This document shows positions 1-11,371 of a stretch of DNA of 64,000 nucleotides, piece after piece. The stretch comes from Fistulifera solaris (lineage: Eukaryota), in NCBI GenBank assembly GCA_030295235.1, contig AP026146.1, positions 558,001 through 622,000 of the forward strand, in the 5' to 3' direction. The translations under genes were made by a program, and so were the position numbers. The notes beneath the pieces were generated by a model. It saw only the letters and a list, made by a program, of their open reading frames with translations, did not search any database and was not told the origin of the DNA. Each line of letters begins with the position of its first letter. The stretch's first letter is position 1.

Positions 1-1137
1 GAGCGCCGAGGCAACAGGTTCAACGATAGCCGAAACGGAGACGGCCTTGACCATTAAAGAATCAATCTGATGGTAAACAAGATATGGATAGACCATGAAA
101 ACCAATGCCGTCATAATCAATTGCAAAGGCCCACACAAATGCAAAAAGGCTTCCAATTTGACCTGAAAAGGAGTGTGCGGCGAGACCAAAACTTCCCCAT
201 AAAATATGCGAAGTACTTGAATAAATCCTTTTGTCCACCGCTGTTTTTGTTGAACGTGTGCTAGAAAATTCCCAGGTACTTCGAGCTGCTGGGGCGCAGT
301 GCGAACATAATGAAACTCATATCCAGCGAGGTATGCCTTGTAGGAAAGAAGTAAATCTTCGGTGACCGTGTCCGAGCTGAAAAGGCCAGCTGCTTGGATG
401 GCATCTCTTCTCCAAACACCTCCAGTACCGTTGAAGCCAAATACGCCATGGACACGATGACGACCGACTTGCTCTACAACGTGATGAATATCCAACCCAA
501 GAGCATCACACTCGGTCAAAAGGTTCTCGTGCGTATTGTAATAGCTCCAAGGGGTTTGAACGAGCCCAATATGATCTTTGCACTCGCCGTTTGCGTCATA
601 GAAATGCGGAATTGTTTTTCGAAGAAAGTCGGTAGTAATTTGATGATCGGCATCAAGATAAGCCACGAATTCGCCTTCAATGAAAGGAAAGTTGTGATTG
701 AGATTGCCAGCCTTGTAACCAACGCGATTCGGTCGAGCATGCCGCGAAACGTTAAAGCCCTTTTCTCTCCACTCGACGACGGAATTCTCAATAATGGCAA
801 TACTTTCCTTTTCGGTCGAGTCATCACAGATTTGAATGCTGAGTTTATGTAGCGGCCAATCCAACTTACAGCAGCGTGTAATCGTTTCCTCCACCACATG
901 TGCCTCGTTGTAGGTGCATATTTGAATAGTGACATGCGGTTCCTTACCCTGTAATAGATCAGGAGGACACGCGTCTTCTGCAGATGACTCGAAGTAGAAG
1001 CAGTAGATCGATACGAGCAAGTTCTTCCAACGGGAAAAGCTATAAAGCCATATTCCGGTTGATGCAGTGAAGAAGACGATCAGGAGAGGCAAATGCCAGG
1101 GGTCGTTCTCGTGAAAAGGATGCAGCGAGATGAGCAT
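1..1137 (-). CDS. Glycosyltransferase family 2, cellulose-synthase-like (CslA / beta-mannan synthase-like); 3' end runs off the window
   Basis: Not in the ORF track. Manual minus-strand translation from ATG 1137 is open to base 1: MLISLHPF...PHVTIQICTYNE...KLDWPLHKLSIQICDDS...GYKAGNL...YLDADH...LVQTPW...FGFNGTGGVWR...TVTEDL...QQKQRWTKG, then hydrophobic segments. This gives the D,D,D,QxxRW signature of processive GT2s. Confidence 0.9.
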   Translation of the reverse strand, partial: MLISLHPFHENDPWHLPLLIVFFTASTGIWLYSFSRWKNLLVSIYCFYFESSAEDACPPDLLQGKEPHVTIQICTYNEAHVVEETITRCCKLDWPLHKLSIQICDDSTEKESIAIIENSVVEWREKGFNVSRHARPNRVGYKAGNLNHNFPFIEGEFVAYLDADHQITTDFLRKTIPHFYDANGECKDHIGLVQTPWSYYNTHENLLTECDALGLDIHHVVEQVGRHRVHGVFGFNGTGGVWRRDAIQAAGLFSSDTVTEDLLLSYKAYLAGYEFHYVRTAPQQLEVPGNFLAHVQQKQRWTKGFIQVLRIFYGEVLVSPHTPFQVKLEAFLHLCGPLQLIMTALVFMVYPYLVYHQIDSLMVKAVSVSAIVEPVASAL

Positions 1138-1846
1138 CGTTCCGCCCTCTTTGATATTGTAATTTGATTAGAGCGATTGATTTCATTTGTCGCCAATGAA
1201 TCATTTGCATTTGTTGAATTTAGAAGTGATGTTGGCTAAACGGGTCGAAAAGTGACCATCCGATCATTCCGATTGTTTCAATGTTGTATGCATAAGATGG
1301 AAGTGATGCGTGACCTGTTAAGTGTGAACCATATTTCTATTGTGCAAGGGACCTTCTCTTAGTCGTAGTTCCTCTTTGCTACGGTGAAAGCAGGTCTGTC
1401 TTGACTAACTCTCGTCGATCTTAGCAGGATCAAAATACAGCAATTCAGCTTTTGGCATGTCTTACTTTTTATTTATGAAAAGCAAGAGCAGAAGATGACG
1501 ACAGCTCACTTCTCCCTCCTCGTGTGTGCACACAGGCTCCTCCTACTCCTCGTTTAAAACTGTGGAAAACAATCAAACGAGTACCAGTTTTGATCTAGCA
1601 TAAATACTTCGCAACAAAGTGGCTTCTGTTTTATCAGAGCATCATCGACATTCCTTAATGTTCTCAAAACTCCTTGTCACGAATGAAAGCTACGTACTTT
1701 CTGCTAATTTGGTAACTTGTTATTGGATTTAACGCACCCTGAAAATCTCTTGCAACATAGTTGGTAACCCATTGTTGATTTTATCACAATGCATTTTCTC
1801 TGCACCGTTTGCATAGCAATGGTCAAAATTTCGAAATCCTCGTCGA

Positions 1847-1898
1847 CTATCGATCCAAAGTGTATAATCAACTTTACCACGACTGCTTTTCAGTCATG
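1847..1898 (+). repeat. Dispersed ~52-bp element, copy 1
   Basis: CTATCGATCCAAAGTGT-ATAATCAACTTTACCAC-GACTGCTTTTCAGTCATG; aligns with copies at 2062, 17560(-), 32080 and 58893. Confidence 0.75.
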
Positions 1899-2061
1899 AT
1901 TCATGATCCTTCTGATCAGCCTGTTGTGAAACTTCGTTCGTTCTCCCAGTGGGCGAGACATTCTTCTAATTGCCTATTTGACAATACCTTTTACCTGCTT
2001 CTGCAATGCAATACTCGATTGTTTAGGTCAAAAACCTTTTAATCAATGTACCGGATATTCA

Positions 2062-2113
2062 CTATAGACTGAAAGTGTCGGCGACGTTTTCAACGACTGC
2101 GTTTCAAGTCATG
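2062..2113 (+). repeat. Dispersed ~52-bp element, copy 2
   Basis: CTATAGACTGAAAGTGTCGGCGACGTTTTCAACGACTGCGTTTCAAGTCATG. Confidence 0.75.
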
Positions 2114-2718
2114 AATCAGATCTTTCCGAGACCAGACAGGGGCCAGAGGCCAGAGCCAGAGGCACGAGCAATCCTACACACCCCAAACAGCAAAGATGGC
2201 ACGTAACCATCTTTGGATCATCTTTGAATGTCCATAAACCCATTTCTTTCGATGTTGGCATGATTGGAAAGTGACTACGGAGTATCAAAAGCATTACTTA
2301 CAATGAGATGAGTTCAGCTGGCGTCGAATTGCATTGATAGTTTGGATTTGTATGGACCTCTATGCACTTAACTAAGCTTGACTTCCACTTTCAATTATCT
2401 TCGTGATACGGAGTACGGAGTAACAAACAAAAGATGATTGATCACCAAAATCGATCCATAATACTAACCCTAAACGACCATGAAAGTGACCGAATGGTAC
2501 TCCTTTTGTGGATCTGTAAACCGTAAACCCTGCGCCTGCCGCCGTCACGCAACATCACGATAACCTGCAGCTGCAACACTGTCGTCACTACCAGTACTCG
2601 GTATATTGAACAAATAAATATTAGCATTCCACCTGGTATCATTCACATTATTGTTTCATTACTTTTGATTGTTTAAAAGTAAACGGAAAAAAATTCGCGC
2701 AGTGTTACGACCTCGACA

Positions 2719-3235
2719 ATGAATCTCATCAAGTTTCTGCAAGCCACTTTCGTTCTTTTCATGAGTGTATGGCACATCTCATCGGCGTTCGTCATCTCAC
2801 GGCATCCGCCTCAAACGCTGATAAGAATATTAGCAGCAAGCGATACTACATCAACCGATGCCGATGAAATAATCGCGAGAAGAATTGTCGTGACAGGAGA
2901 TGTGCAGGGCGGTTATTATCGATCTTGTGTTCGAAACGAGGTGCGTCTCTAAAAACATGGCCGCTTTCCGTGCGAAATCAGACAATCCCCTCATAATTTC
3001 TTTCATCCTCACTAATAAGGCCGGTCGTTTCCGAAGATTGGTGGGAAACATGACTCCCGTCGACGAAAAGAGCCGAGAAGCAGAAATCTATGTGGAAGGC
3101 AAGCGACGCATGGTGGAAGGCTTTGTGCGATGGTGTCGGAAAAGTAATGTAGGACTCAGTCAGATCATTCAAGTCAAGGAAGTGAAGGAAGAGGAGCCCA
3201 CGGGGCTTTATGAAGATTTTTACATGCAGTCGTGA
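2719..3235 (+). CDS. Acylphosphatase-family protein with probable plastid-targeting presequence; intron 2941-3019
   Basis: VTGDVQGGYYRSCVRNE|AGRFRRLVG...EAEIYVEG...FVRWCRK matches the acylphosphatase pattern (GxVQGVxFR-like). Signal peptide ends SSA-F. The GT..AG intron joins the two ORFs in frame. Confidence 0.8.
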
Positions 3236-3844
3236 TGCTAATGGCGAAATCGAAACCACTTAGGCCCCGAATCACGCAGACCTACTTATTCTGTAGTTTA
3301 GTATCACAAACAGCTACCCAGATAGAAAGTAACACGCTTCAAACTAACTGATGTAGGCCTTGCATGTAGAGAGCAAGAAGCAATTCAAGTAGCTTAAAGA
3401 CCCTTTCTTGCTTACTCGAAGGTGTAGGCGACTTGTGAGTGTGATTAGCCGCCTTAGACATTTTTTCTCTCACGAGGAAAGCCATCCATGCTTAGGGATC
3501 TAACTAGTTACCAGAGGTCGTCTTCGACTGATAGGAATGATGGTAATAGCAAGTTTGAGGAGATATTTGCCGAATGATTAGCGATCGCAATAAGTGGGGT
3601 CAGGGGGGCGATAAAGATAGGGTTTTGTTAACCTCCCCCCTACGACATAATTTTTTTGAAGGCAACAAGACGCATTACTGCATTTATTACGCCGTACAAA
3701 GCAATAAGCTCTCCGTTTAATCACCAACTTTTGGTATCTGAACTTTCTCTGCACGCTTTTCGTCACTACTAACAAAGTAAGAAAGAGAAAGGCCGCTTCG
3801 TGGTGGATAGTTCGTTAGCCGACCGAATAAGAAAGAAAAAAAGA

Positions 3845-4609
3845 ATGGAGCGCCAAGACTCACCTGCTGCCCCACTATTTTTTCGTTCCACTTTGTACGC
3901 TCCTTTGGCGGCATACCAGCAAACACGCGTATCTCCTGCCGAATACACGCGAGCCTCAACCAAAGTAACGAAAGAGCTGCACGAAAGCACTCTGTATAAG
4001 TTCCTGCACCATGTTTCCAGTCATCACCACGCCAAACCCAATCAACTGCACGCCAAAAACACGGCCGGGAAGCCTTTGAAGGACTATGAGGATCGAATTC
4101 AACAAAGAGCGCTGAATTTAGTCGGGGGAGACTTTTACGGAAACGCTAAAGTAAAGTCGCAGGGCTCAAAAGCAGTCAAAAGGCGACGACCAGCGAAACA
4201 ATACCGTTCTTTCTCGCGATCCGCGGAAGCAACCATCAAATCCGACCACTTATTTCTTGAAAATTTGAACAATTTATGGAACAAGTATGCTCAAAAGTTT
4301 GTGGAATTAGGAACAGAATTGAAAGTTGTAGTCAACAATATGGAGTGGGTCGGCGCACTCGTTCGTATTGACGAATGCCCAGCGTTCCGCAACTGGAAAG
4401 GCTATAAGGGTATCATAGTTCAACACACAAGCAAGTCGTGGCACGTGTATATCAAAGGACAGAGAAAGAACAAAACACGAAAACAGATCAACAAGCTCTT
4501 GTATCTACCGAAAGACACAACAAAATTGACAGCCCTCACAAACAAAAAGACAGGAAATGATAAGGAACATCTCTGCACGGTCATCCGAATTGAAAACAGG
4601 ACACGATAA
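3845..4609 (+). CDS. RNase P/MRP subunit p29 (POP4/Rpp29)-like protein
   Basis: C-terminal LNNLWNKY...EWVGALVRIDECP...GYKGIIVQHTSKSWHV resembles the Rpp29 Sm-like domain; first ATG at 3845. Confidence 0.6.
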   Translation: MERQDSPAAPLFFRSTLYAPLAAYQQTRVSPAEYTRASTKVTKELHESTLYKFLHHVSSHHHAKPNQLHAKNTAGKPLKDYEDRIQQRALNLVGGDFYGNAKVKSQGSKAVKRRRPAKQYRSFSRSAEATIKSDHLFLENLNNLWNKYAQKFVELGTELKVVVNNMEWVGALVRIDECPAFRNWKGYKGIIVQHTSKSWHVYIKGQRKNKTRKQINKLLYLPKDTTKLTALTNKKTGNDKEHLCTVIRIENRTR

Positions 4610-4700
4610 GATTAGAATTTCAGTTTTTCCATTCGAACGAACAGCAGAACGAATTAAATGCGTGCGCAGCTATGGCTCTGTTCAAAGTATGGCTTTCAAT

Positions 4701-5012
4701 TTAGAACTGGTGACCTGTTGGTGCAGCCTTCTGACCCAACTCGAAATGCTTGGTTCGCTTAAGGCAAAGTTGCTTCTTCGTCTTGCATGTCTTGCATTCC
4801 AGACGGAGAACAATCTTACGCGTAGTCTTGGCCTTCTTGTGGAAAACTGGCTTCGTTTGTCCACCGAAACCCATCTGCTTCGAGTCGTATCGGCGCTTTC
4901 CTTGAGCAAAGTTGGAGGCCTTACCAGCTTTGTATTGCGTCACCTTATGCACGGCATGCTTTTTGCACTTGCCGGCGCAATATGTTTTACGTTCCTTTGG
5001 GACATTCACCAT
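4701..5012 (-). CDS. RPL44: 60S ribosomal protein L44/L36a (eL42)
   Basis: [12 protein letters not shown]...[48 protein letters not shown], highly conserved. Confidence 0.98.
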   Translation of the reverse strand: MVNVPKERKTYCAGKCKKHAVHKVTQYKAGKASNFAQGKRRYDSKQMGFGGQTKPVFHKKAKTTRKIVLRLECKTCKTKKQLCLKRTKHFELGQKAAPTGHQF

Positions 5013-5987
5013 TTTTCACTACAGCGGATTATTCGACGAGAGAGGCAGTCATTGAGAGAACAATTCCGAAAAATAATCTAACGACAGCCTACTTCCAAAT
5101 TAATCGTTTCCTTTTCACACATCAGTGATGGAATCATTTAATTATTCACTTACATTGATAAACACCTCAACACAATGACTTAAAAGAAGGCAGCGAGATC
5201 AAGTTGCTTATTGCCTGCTGTTGAGACGCAACATCGTGACGAGACGGAAAAAGTTGATAGTAGAGCGGTAAACGGTACGGTGGAAATCCGAGTCGTGGGT
5301 ATCAAGTCACGAAAAGACTTTGATGCATTTTATACAACACTAAAACATCATGGTAAGCTTAAACAACATGTAATTTGCGTAACTCATGCTTACAGCATCA
5401 TCAACAATCTTTTCGTAGGCAGATTTTATTATGACATCTTAATATAGATGGATCAAGATCATGTCGCTGTGACGTAGCGTTTCGATGGAATAATTCAGTC
5501 GACCGTTATCCGGGACTGAATATAGTCGAGCCGACGGAATCATCAACAAGAACTTTCTTCCCTCTAGGTAGCGGTACCTGCTGCTACTGTGGTAAACTTT
5601 GATGTGACTTTCATGAAATTTTACTGTAGTTGACATTTGAACTTATTTTCTTGCTGTAGAATCACTAAGAAAGACTGATAAATCCCATCAGTTTCACAGA
5701 TTTCCCTAGTTTAATACAACTGCGATACGGCATGCAAATTTGTAGGAGCATGAGTAGAGCAGCTTGGAGGCTAGATAAGAGAACTAGACCAGAGAGTCTA
5801 GAGAGCAATACAAGTCATAAATTACTCAAACATACACTTATTTAGTAAACCACTTCAACCGATTTTCAGATGAACTTATAAAGAGCGATCAGTGCATTAA
5901 TTATACAGAGGAGTGCACGTGATTCGGCAACTCCCCAACTCTGAGTGAATACCAGTGTCTTAGCACTAAACGAGCAGTCTAATTTGA

Positions 5988-7431
5988 TCATCCCACCGTA
6001 GAGACTGAGAGATTAAAATACCCTGGGTTACCGTCCTCCAATGGTGCAAGCGTTATATTTACATCCAGCTAAAAGAGAAGTGAGAGACCTAAAACGAATT
6101 CCTCAAACATGAGTGATATTGTTGGGACTTACCCTTTGATCCTGGGTGGATATAAGACTGCCGCACCAAAAAAGTAGCTGCGGTTCTTGGATCGATTCCT
6201 CTTCAGAATCCGCGAAAAACTTGGATCGCTTCAGTAAATCGGCCATAGCTTCAAAGATTTCCTGGTGATTCTGAATGAAAAGAAAGAGGCTTTGCTGCAC
6301 TAGGTGTGCGTGATTTGTCGCCCCGACCGACTCGGCAAACTTGGGATTGCAGCAGAGTAGGCGCCCGTCTAACGACGCCAACGCCCAAGGATAAGGACAA
6401 TGCAAAAATTTGCTCATAGTCAATGCTCTGCGTCAGCAGCTCATCGCCATTGAGGCTTGGACAATTGTAGGAATAATATAAGTCCTTCTGACCCATGTTG
6501 CTGCTTCGACTTTGACTTTCCTCGCTACTGATAGCAGCAGCTGACACGGAGCTCGGAGCCAAAACGTCATCACCTGCTACCGATGCCTCCTGTGTTTGCC
6601 GGATTGTTTGAACCAGTCTCTGATAATCAGCATCCAACATGATGGCTTGCGACTGCAATTGTTGAATATACTCCGAAACGCTCACAAGAATCGAGAATTT
6701 GTTCGACTTAAATGGAACGTTTGCTTCCGTCAACACGTCCCGAAGCTGTTTGATTTGTTGGCTGATTTGATGGGATCGCTGTTGTTCTTTCAAGTTCCGC
6801 TCATACCGCCTTTTTGAGGAAGGAGACAAACGATCAAGCTCATCTTTGTCCATACTCCGGGGAGTACTATCATCAATCGACCATGCTTTATGGGGAATAG
6901 ATTCAGCCGCTTTACGTTTTCGACTCGTCTCCCTGGATGTTATGGAACTATTAGTGGAAAGAATGGGATGTGCGGTTTGAAACATTGGATAGCTGCTAAA
7001 TGAAATTTGCGAAGGAGGATGTGGCTCTTGATTTTGCAAAACCAACCCGCTGTCATGCTGCGCATTTTCAATTAGGTTTGAATGAGATTGTGGCTGCTGA
7101 AATTGCTGAGTGTTTATTTGCTGCAGCTGCGGTACAGCAATTGGTAATGGTGGAGCACTCATGTTCGAAATTCTCAGTGGATTGGTCGCCATACTTGCAT
7201 TGATGAATGATTGTAAGCTAGCCTGTATCGCTTGCTGCAAAATAAGCTGCTGTTGTTGTGTGTCATTTGTACCAGGCATCGCCCCTTGTAGAAAAGAATT
7301 GTTCATAAGGCCGCTGTTCGAATCGGAGGCCTGAGTGCCTTGCTGAACGGGCGCAAGATCCCCCCTGAAAAGGAGAACGTTGCTCGGGGCTCCGCCCCTT
7401 GATCACCACCGCTATTTTCCCTTGATGCCAT
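5988..7431 (-). CDS. bHLH-PAS transcription factor (diatom bHLH1 / RITMO1-like family), copy A
   Basis: Q-rich N-terminus; bHLH (RRYERNLKEQQRSHQISQQIKQLRDVL...SNKFSILVSVSEYIQQL); PAS-like (CPYPWALASLDGRLLCCNPKF). Homopolymer frameshifts near 7362 and 6405. Intron ~6070-6132; last exon LDVNITLA...YFNLSVSTVG*. Confidence 0.85.
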
Positions 7432-8398
7432 ACGGAAACCCAGAAGAGGAACGATCAATGAAAATCTTTGATTTGAAATTGAAAGAAATCCTATGGCGCA
7501 AGACCACGTAGAACAAATGTGACAATGCCAAGATATTCGAGTTGTAGCGCAGTTAATGGAGATTGTTTGATTTTGTTTGATTGAGAAGTGAACGAGGGAT
7601 GTTTTATTAAAACAATCGTAAATTGTATCAACGATGGGATTCAGTTTTGATATAACCAATATCAGATGTAGACCAACATTCGTTGTTATTTAGCGTGTTT
7701 GCAGCAAGGATAAGCAAGACGAGTTAGAGGACATCCACCATCCACCCCACCGCTCGTGGCAGCTTATCGCGGCGTTTCGCGTTTCGCTGGACCTACGGAG
7801 AGGAGCGCGGAAGGGCAATTCGGAATGCGTTTTCTGCTTCAACATCAATCGAACTTCGACGTGCACTAGGAAGTTCAACACTTTCACTTAAAGACCGATA
7901 CTCTTCATCTCTTAATGGTAATAATCCGAAGACTACAGCTTCGCGAATAGCCAATCAGAGTCAGTCGTCCTCTGTTCTTTTAAAGCAGTCTTCGCAGCCA
8001 TCTGGCCGTGAACACAAAACCTCTATTCATCGATACCGTAGCGACGCGATGAACCAATTCATAAGATTTACTACTGGAGTACTAAAAGTAAGAACATGCG
8101 AAATGCGAACGGATAATCTGTCGCACTGGGTACTTTGCGACATGGCAATGAGAACGAATGAATGATGAGAAAAAGAGAAAGGTGAACAACCAAACAACAA
8201 AACTGAAGTGCCGTCTCCGTCATCCGTCGTCATTCAATCCAGTGTGAGAAGTGTTTCATTATTTGCTTGACATCGAAGTCAGTACAGCATCATTGTCAAC
8301 GTAGTACCACCTCTCTTGTGAAACAGCTGACAAGACTCCAGTGCAAATTCACGAGCAGATACTGTTGCTGCGTTCGAACGGATTCCAGAACGCCGAAA

Positions 8399-9649
8399 AT
8401 GCACGTCGATGCACAAAGAGGCGTGACAGTTCTCCTATCGGACGACTGGGATAATGAGAGCTTTTATGGAGAATGCAACTACATGTCTTGCTCTGAAAAG
8501 GATGGTCTGGTTCGAAGAACTCTCTTCTGGATCAAACTAGCACTCATCAAAGTTGCGAACAGTTACGTTGCCTTTCCCATTATCTTGTTTACCCTACCGC
8601 TTCTGGCCGGTCTCGTGTTGGGCTATTTTCTGGGAAAGAAGCAACATCATGTTTACAACCAAGATATTAGGCGAGGAAGAACACGATTGTTCACCTTGTT
8701 CGAATCTTTTCTGTGTTTTGCTCTCAAATGGTCGCCAGCATGTAAGCAAGAACCATCGATCGACTCAACGAAGGACTTGACTGAAATGAAAGCCGTATGG
8801 TCCGCAAAAATGATCACACATCGTCTACGGGCTTTATGACTGTATCCTTGGAGGATGCACCGGGCCTTGTTCAGCACGAAGAAGAGGCGAGGAAGAAGCT
8901 GTTGAAAAGTGAAGGAATGATTAACGCACATATCCCCCAAGAGTCACTGCCTCAACACGTGGCTGTCGTCATGGATGGGAATCGACGCTATGGAAGAGCG
9001 AAGTACGGTAACACGATGGCCGGACACTGGGATGGTTGTCGTAAACTGTTAGACATGGCAACATGGTGCCAGAGTTTGCGTATCCCCTCTCACGGTCTAT
9101 GCATTTTCCACTGAAAATTGGAATCGAACAGAGGCCGAAGTTTCCGCTTTATTCGCCATCTTTTGTAGATACGCAGATGAGCTGCGGGAAGAATCAATCA
9201 AACGAAAATTCGCTGTTAAGGTTCTTTCTACAGATTACATTCATCGAATACCCCAGCAGGCGACACAAGCATTGAAGCGATTGGAAGACGAGACTCGTTG
9301 CTTTTTAAAAGCTGGTAATCTTCAAATAAACGTTTGTCTATCTTACGGAAGTCGAGGAGAGATAACAAATGCCTGCCGGTCGCTGGCAAAAAAATGCATC
9401 ATAGAGTCCCAAGACCCCGATCAATATATTACCGACTCAAGTATTTCCGAGGAAATGTTAACAGACTCAGACCCAGATATCCTAATCAGGACTTCAGGTG
9501 AGGTACGATTGAGCAACTTCTTGCTATGGCAACTTGCGTACACAGAACTATTCTTTGTTGACAAAATGTGGCCAGATTTTGAAAAGGACGACTTCTTGAA
9601 CATTTTGCATAGCTACGCCGAGGGTAGACAACGACGATTCGGCAAGTAG
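8399..9649 (+). CDS. cis-prenyltransferase (UPPS/DHDDS family) with N-terminal transmembrane segment
   Basis: PQHVAVVMDGNRRYG, (L)TVYAFSTENWNR, SYGSRGEI, DPDILIRTSGEVRLSNFLLWQLAYTELFF..WPDF; two apparent indels near 8805 and 9087. Confidence 0.92.
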
Positions 9650-9927
9650 AAAAATCAACTCGGTCAAAAACAAAGCTAGCTGAGACTTCACAATAATAAA
9701 CTATTATAAATTCTAAACGTCCTCTGCTGTAACTTCTCGATACGCAATCTTTTCAAATGGCAGAGAATCGATTGATGGGTAGTGAAGACCAGCCCCCAGC
9801 GAATCATAAACTTTATCGGTCAAGTAGGGACAGTATTATCAGGAGGAGTATGAATGTTGATAGATGCATCAAATTGCGCACTTAAATCACGGACGTGCCG
9901 TATGAGAACAAAGTTCGAGACTTCTGC

Positions 9928-11371
9928 TCAGAATGTGGACGACTGGCTATTTGTTGAACACTCACTATTGGAAGCCGTCGCAAGATGAATTTCACTTGGA
10001 GGACCAGCTTTGATGTCAATTGGTAGCAAAACGCAGCTGAAAAAACGCGGGCATCCTTGAGCAGAACGTACGAGTGATATACTCAGCCGAACCTGTTGTG
10101 CACTGTTTAGACCCATGAATGAAACAACATTTGTGTTAGCGCAACATTTTAGATACGTACCGACCGCCCTTCCCGCTTTGAGAACTCAACAATGTCAGTC
10201 CACGTGTCTTCGTTTTCACAGAAAAGCTCTGAATGCGATTTCATGGGACGACGTAGCATCTCGCTCATCGCTTCGAACATGTTTTCCATATCCTCACGCC
10301 TGACAATGTTAAAAATCGACATGTTACGCTGTTCCGCGCTTTGATGCTTCTCCTGACCAAACCCGGGCAGCGGTGCGAGAAGCTGCTTACTCGAGTACCC
10401 AGTACAATTCACAAACGTCGGATTCACTTTCAAAAACCGGCCATCGACATTTGCAACACAGCACGCAAAAGAGCACTGATCAAACACGAGCTCAAACTCA
10501 GTGCCTGCTACAAATGCGTTACCAGTTTTTTCCGAACCATGTTCCGTCACAGCGTAAGGCGTCAGTACGTGACTTTCCATACCATTGGAAGCAGCGGGAA
10601 TGTATCCACCTTGCATGGCTTGGGAAGTGTTCATGAGTGTTTTCAGAAGACTTTTGTGTTCGGAATCGAGACACGTTGTTCGCTGATGCAATTCATTGAT
10701 GTATCGTTCCACTGACACTAACGTTGAGAATTTGTCACTTTTGTGTTCCACACTGGCTTCTTCCAAGATTTCATGCAGTGCTGAAATCTGGGAAGCAATA
10801 TGCTTCGATCGCTCCTTCTCACGCATGTTGCGATCTATTCGACGTTTCTTACGATCACCTTCGTCTTCCGAAATAGCAGCACTGGATAATTTTTCCAAAC
10901 TCGTGCTCGACTGAACCTTTGCTGCACGTGTTCGTTTCTTTGCAGCACTAGCTCGATCTGTATTACCATCTTCGGAAGCACTCGCAGCTTCTGATGCGAA
11001 CCCCATCCTTTGGCTATCTCACCAATCTGCATATTTCCTGACTGAGCTACATTTCCATATCTTTGATTGTAAATAAATTCTGGTAACATGGCTGGCAAAC
11101 TTGAGGTATTCGGGAACTGATCTTTCGAAGGGAGAAGCTGTCCTTTCGAAGACGTAGTCTCTATCCCTTCAGCAAAGTTGGTTCGCGGTTTGGTTCGATT
11201 CACCGGTGATTGAAGAGCAACACCTGAGCTGACACCATGTATCGGATCACTTCCATCAGAGTCCCCTTCCAACAACGCATCAAGTGTCGCCTTAAACTCT
11301 TCGTTGATAGATGAATCATCGCTAGACCCTCGCAGCGTGTGCACAGAGTCAGGATTTACCGATCTGTCCAT
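9928..11371 (-). CDS. bHLH-PAS transcription factor, copy B
   Basis: RRIDRNMREKERSKHIASQISALHEIL...SDKFSTLVSVERYINEL; PAS-like FDQCSFACCVANVDGRFLKVNPTF. Intron ~10093-10160, then VRLSISLVRSAQGCPRFFSCVL. Frameshift at the C run near 11003. Confidence 0.87.

Noticed and set aside
394..935. ORFs 394-852(+) and 516-935(-)
   Set aside because: Antisense and off-frame shadows of the GT2 gene in another minus-strand frame
1700..2300. Possible decayed minus-strand gene
   Set aside because: Only short stop-interrupted fragments with no recognisable family
3470..3715. RNase P/MRP RNA (GAGGAAAG resembles CR-I) or telomerase RNA (AACCCTA on the minus strand)
   Set aside because: No downstream CR-V able to form P4; the putative template is too short and enclosed in a small hairpin with no room for a pseudoknot
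4557..5081. 174-aa plus-strand ORF
   Set aside because: Antisense to conserved RPL44
8399..9649. Pseudogene status for frameshifted genes (cis-prenyltransferase, GH18, CLPTM1, BAF60 and others)
   Set aside because: Breaks fall in simple runs and catalytic motifs are intact without nonsense codons; better explained by sequencing error
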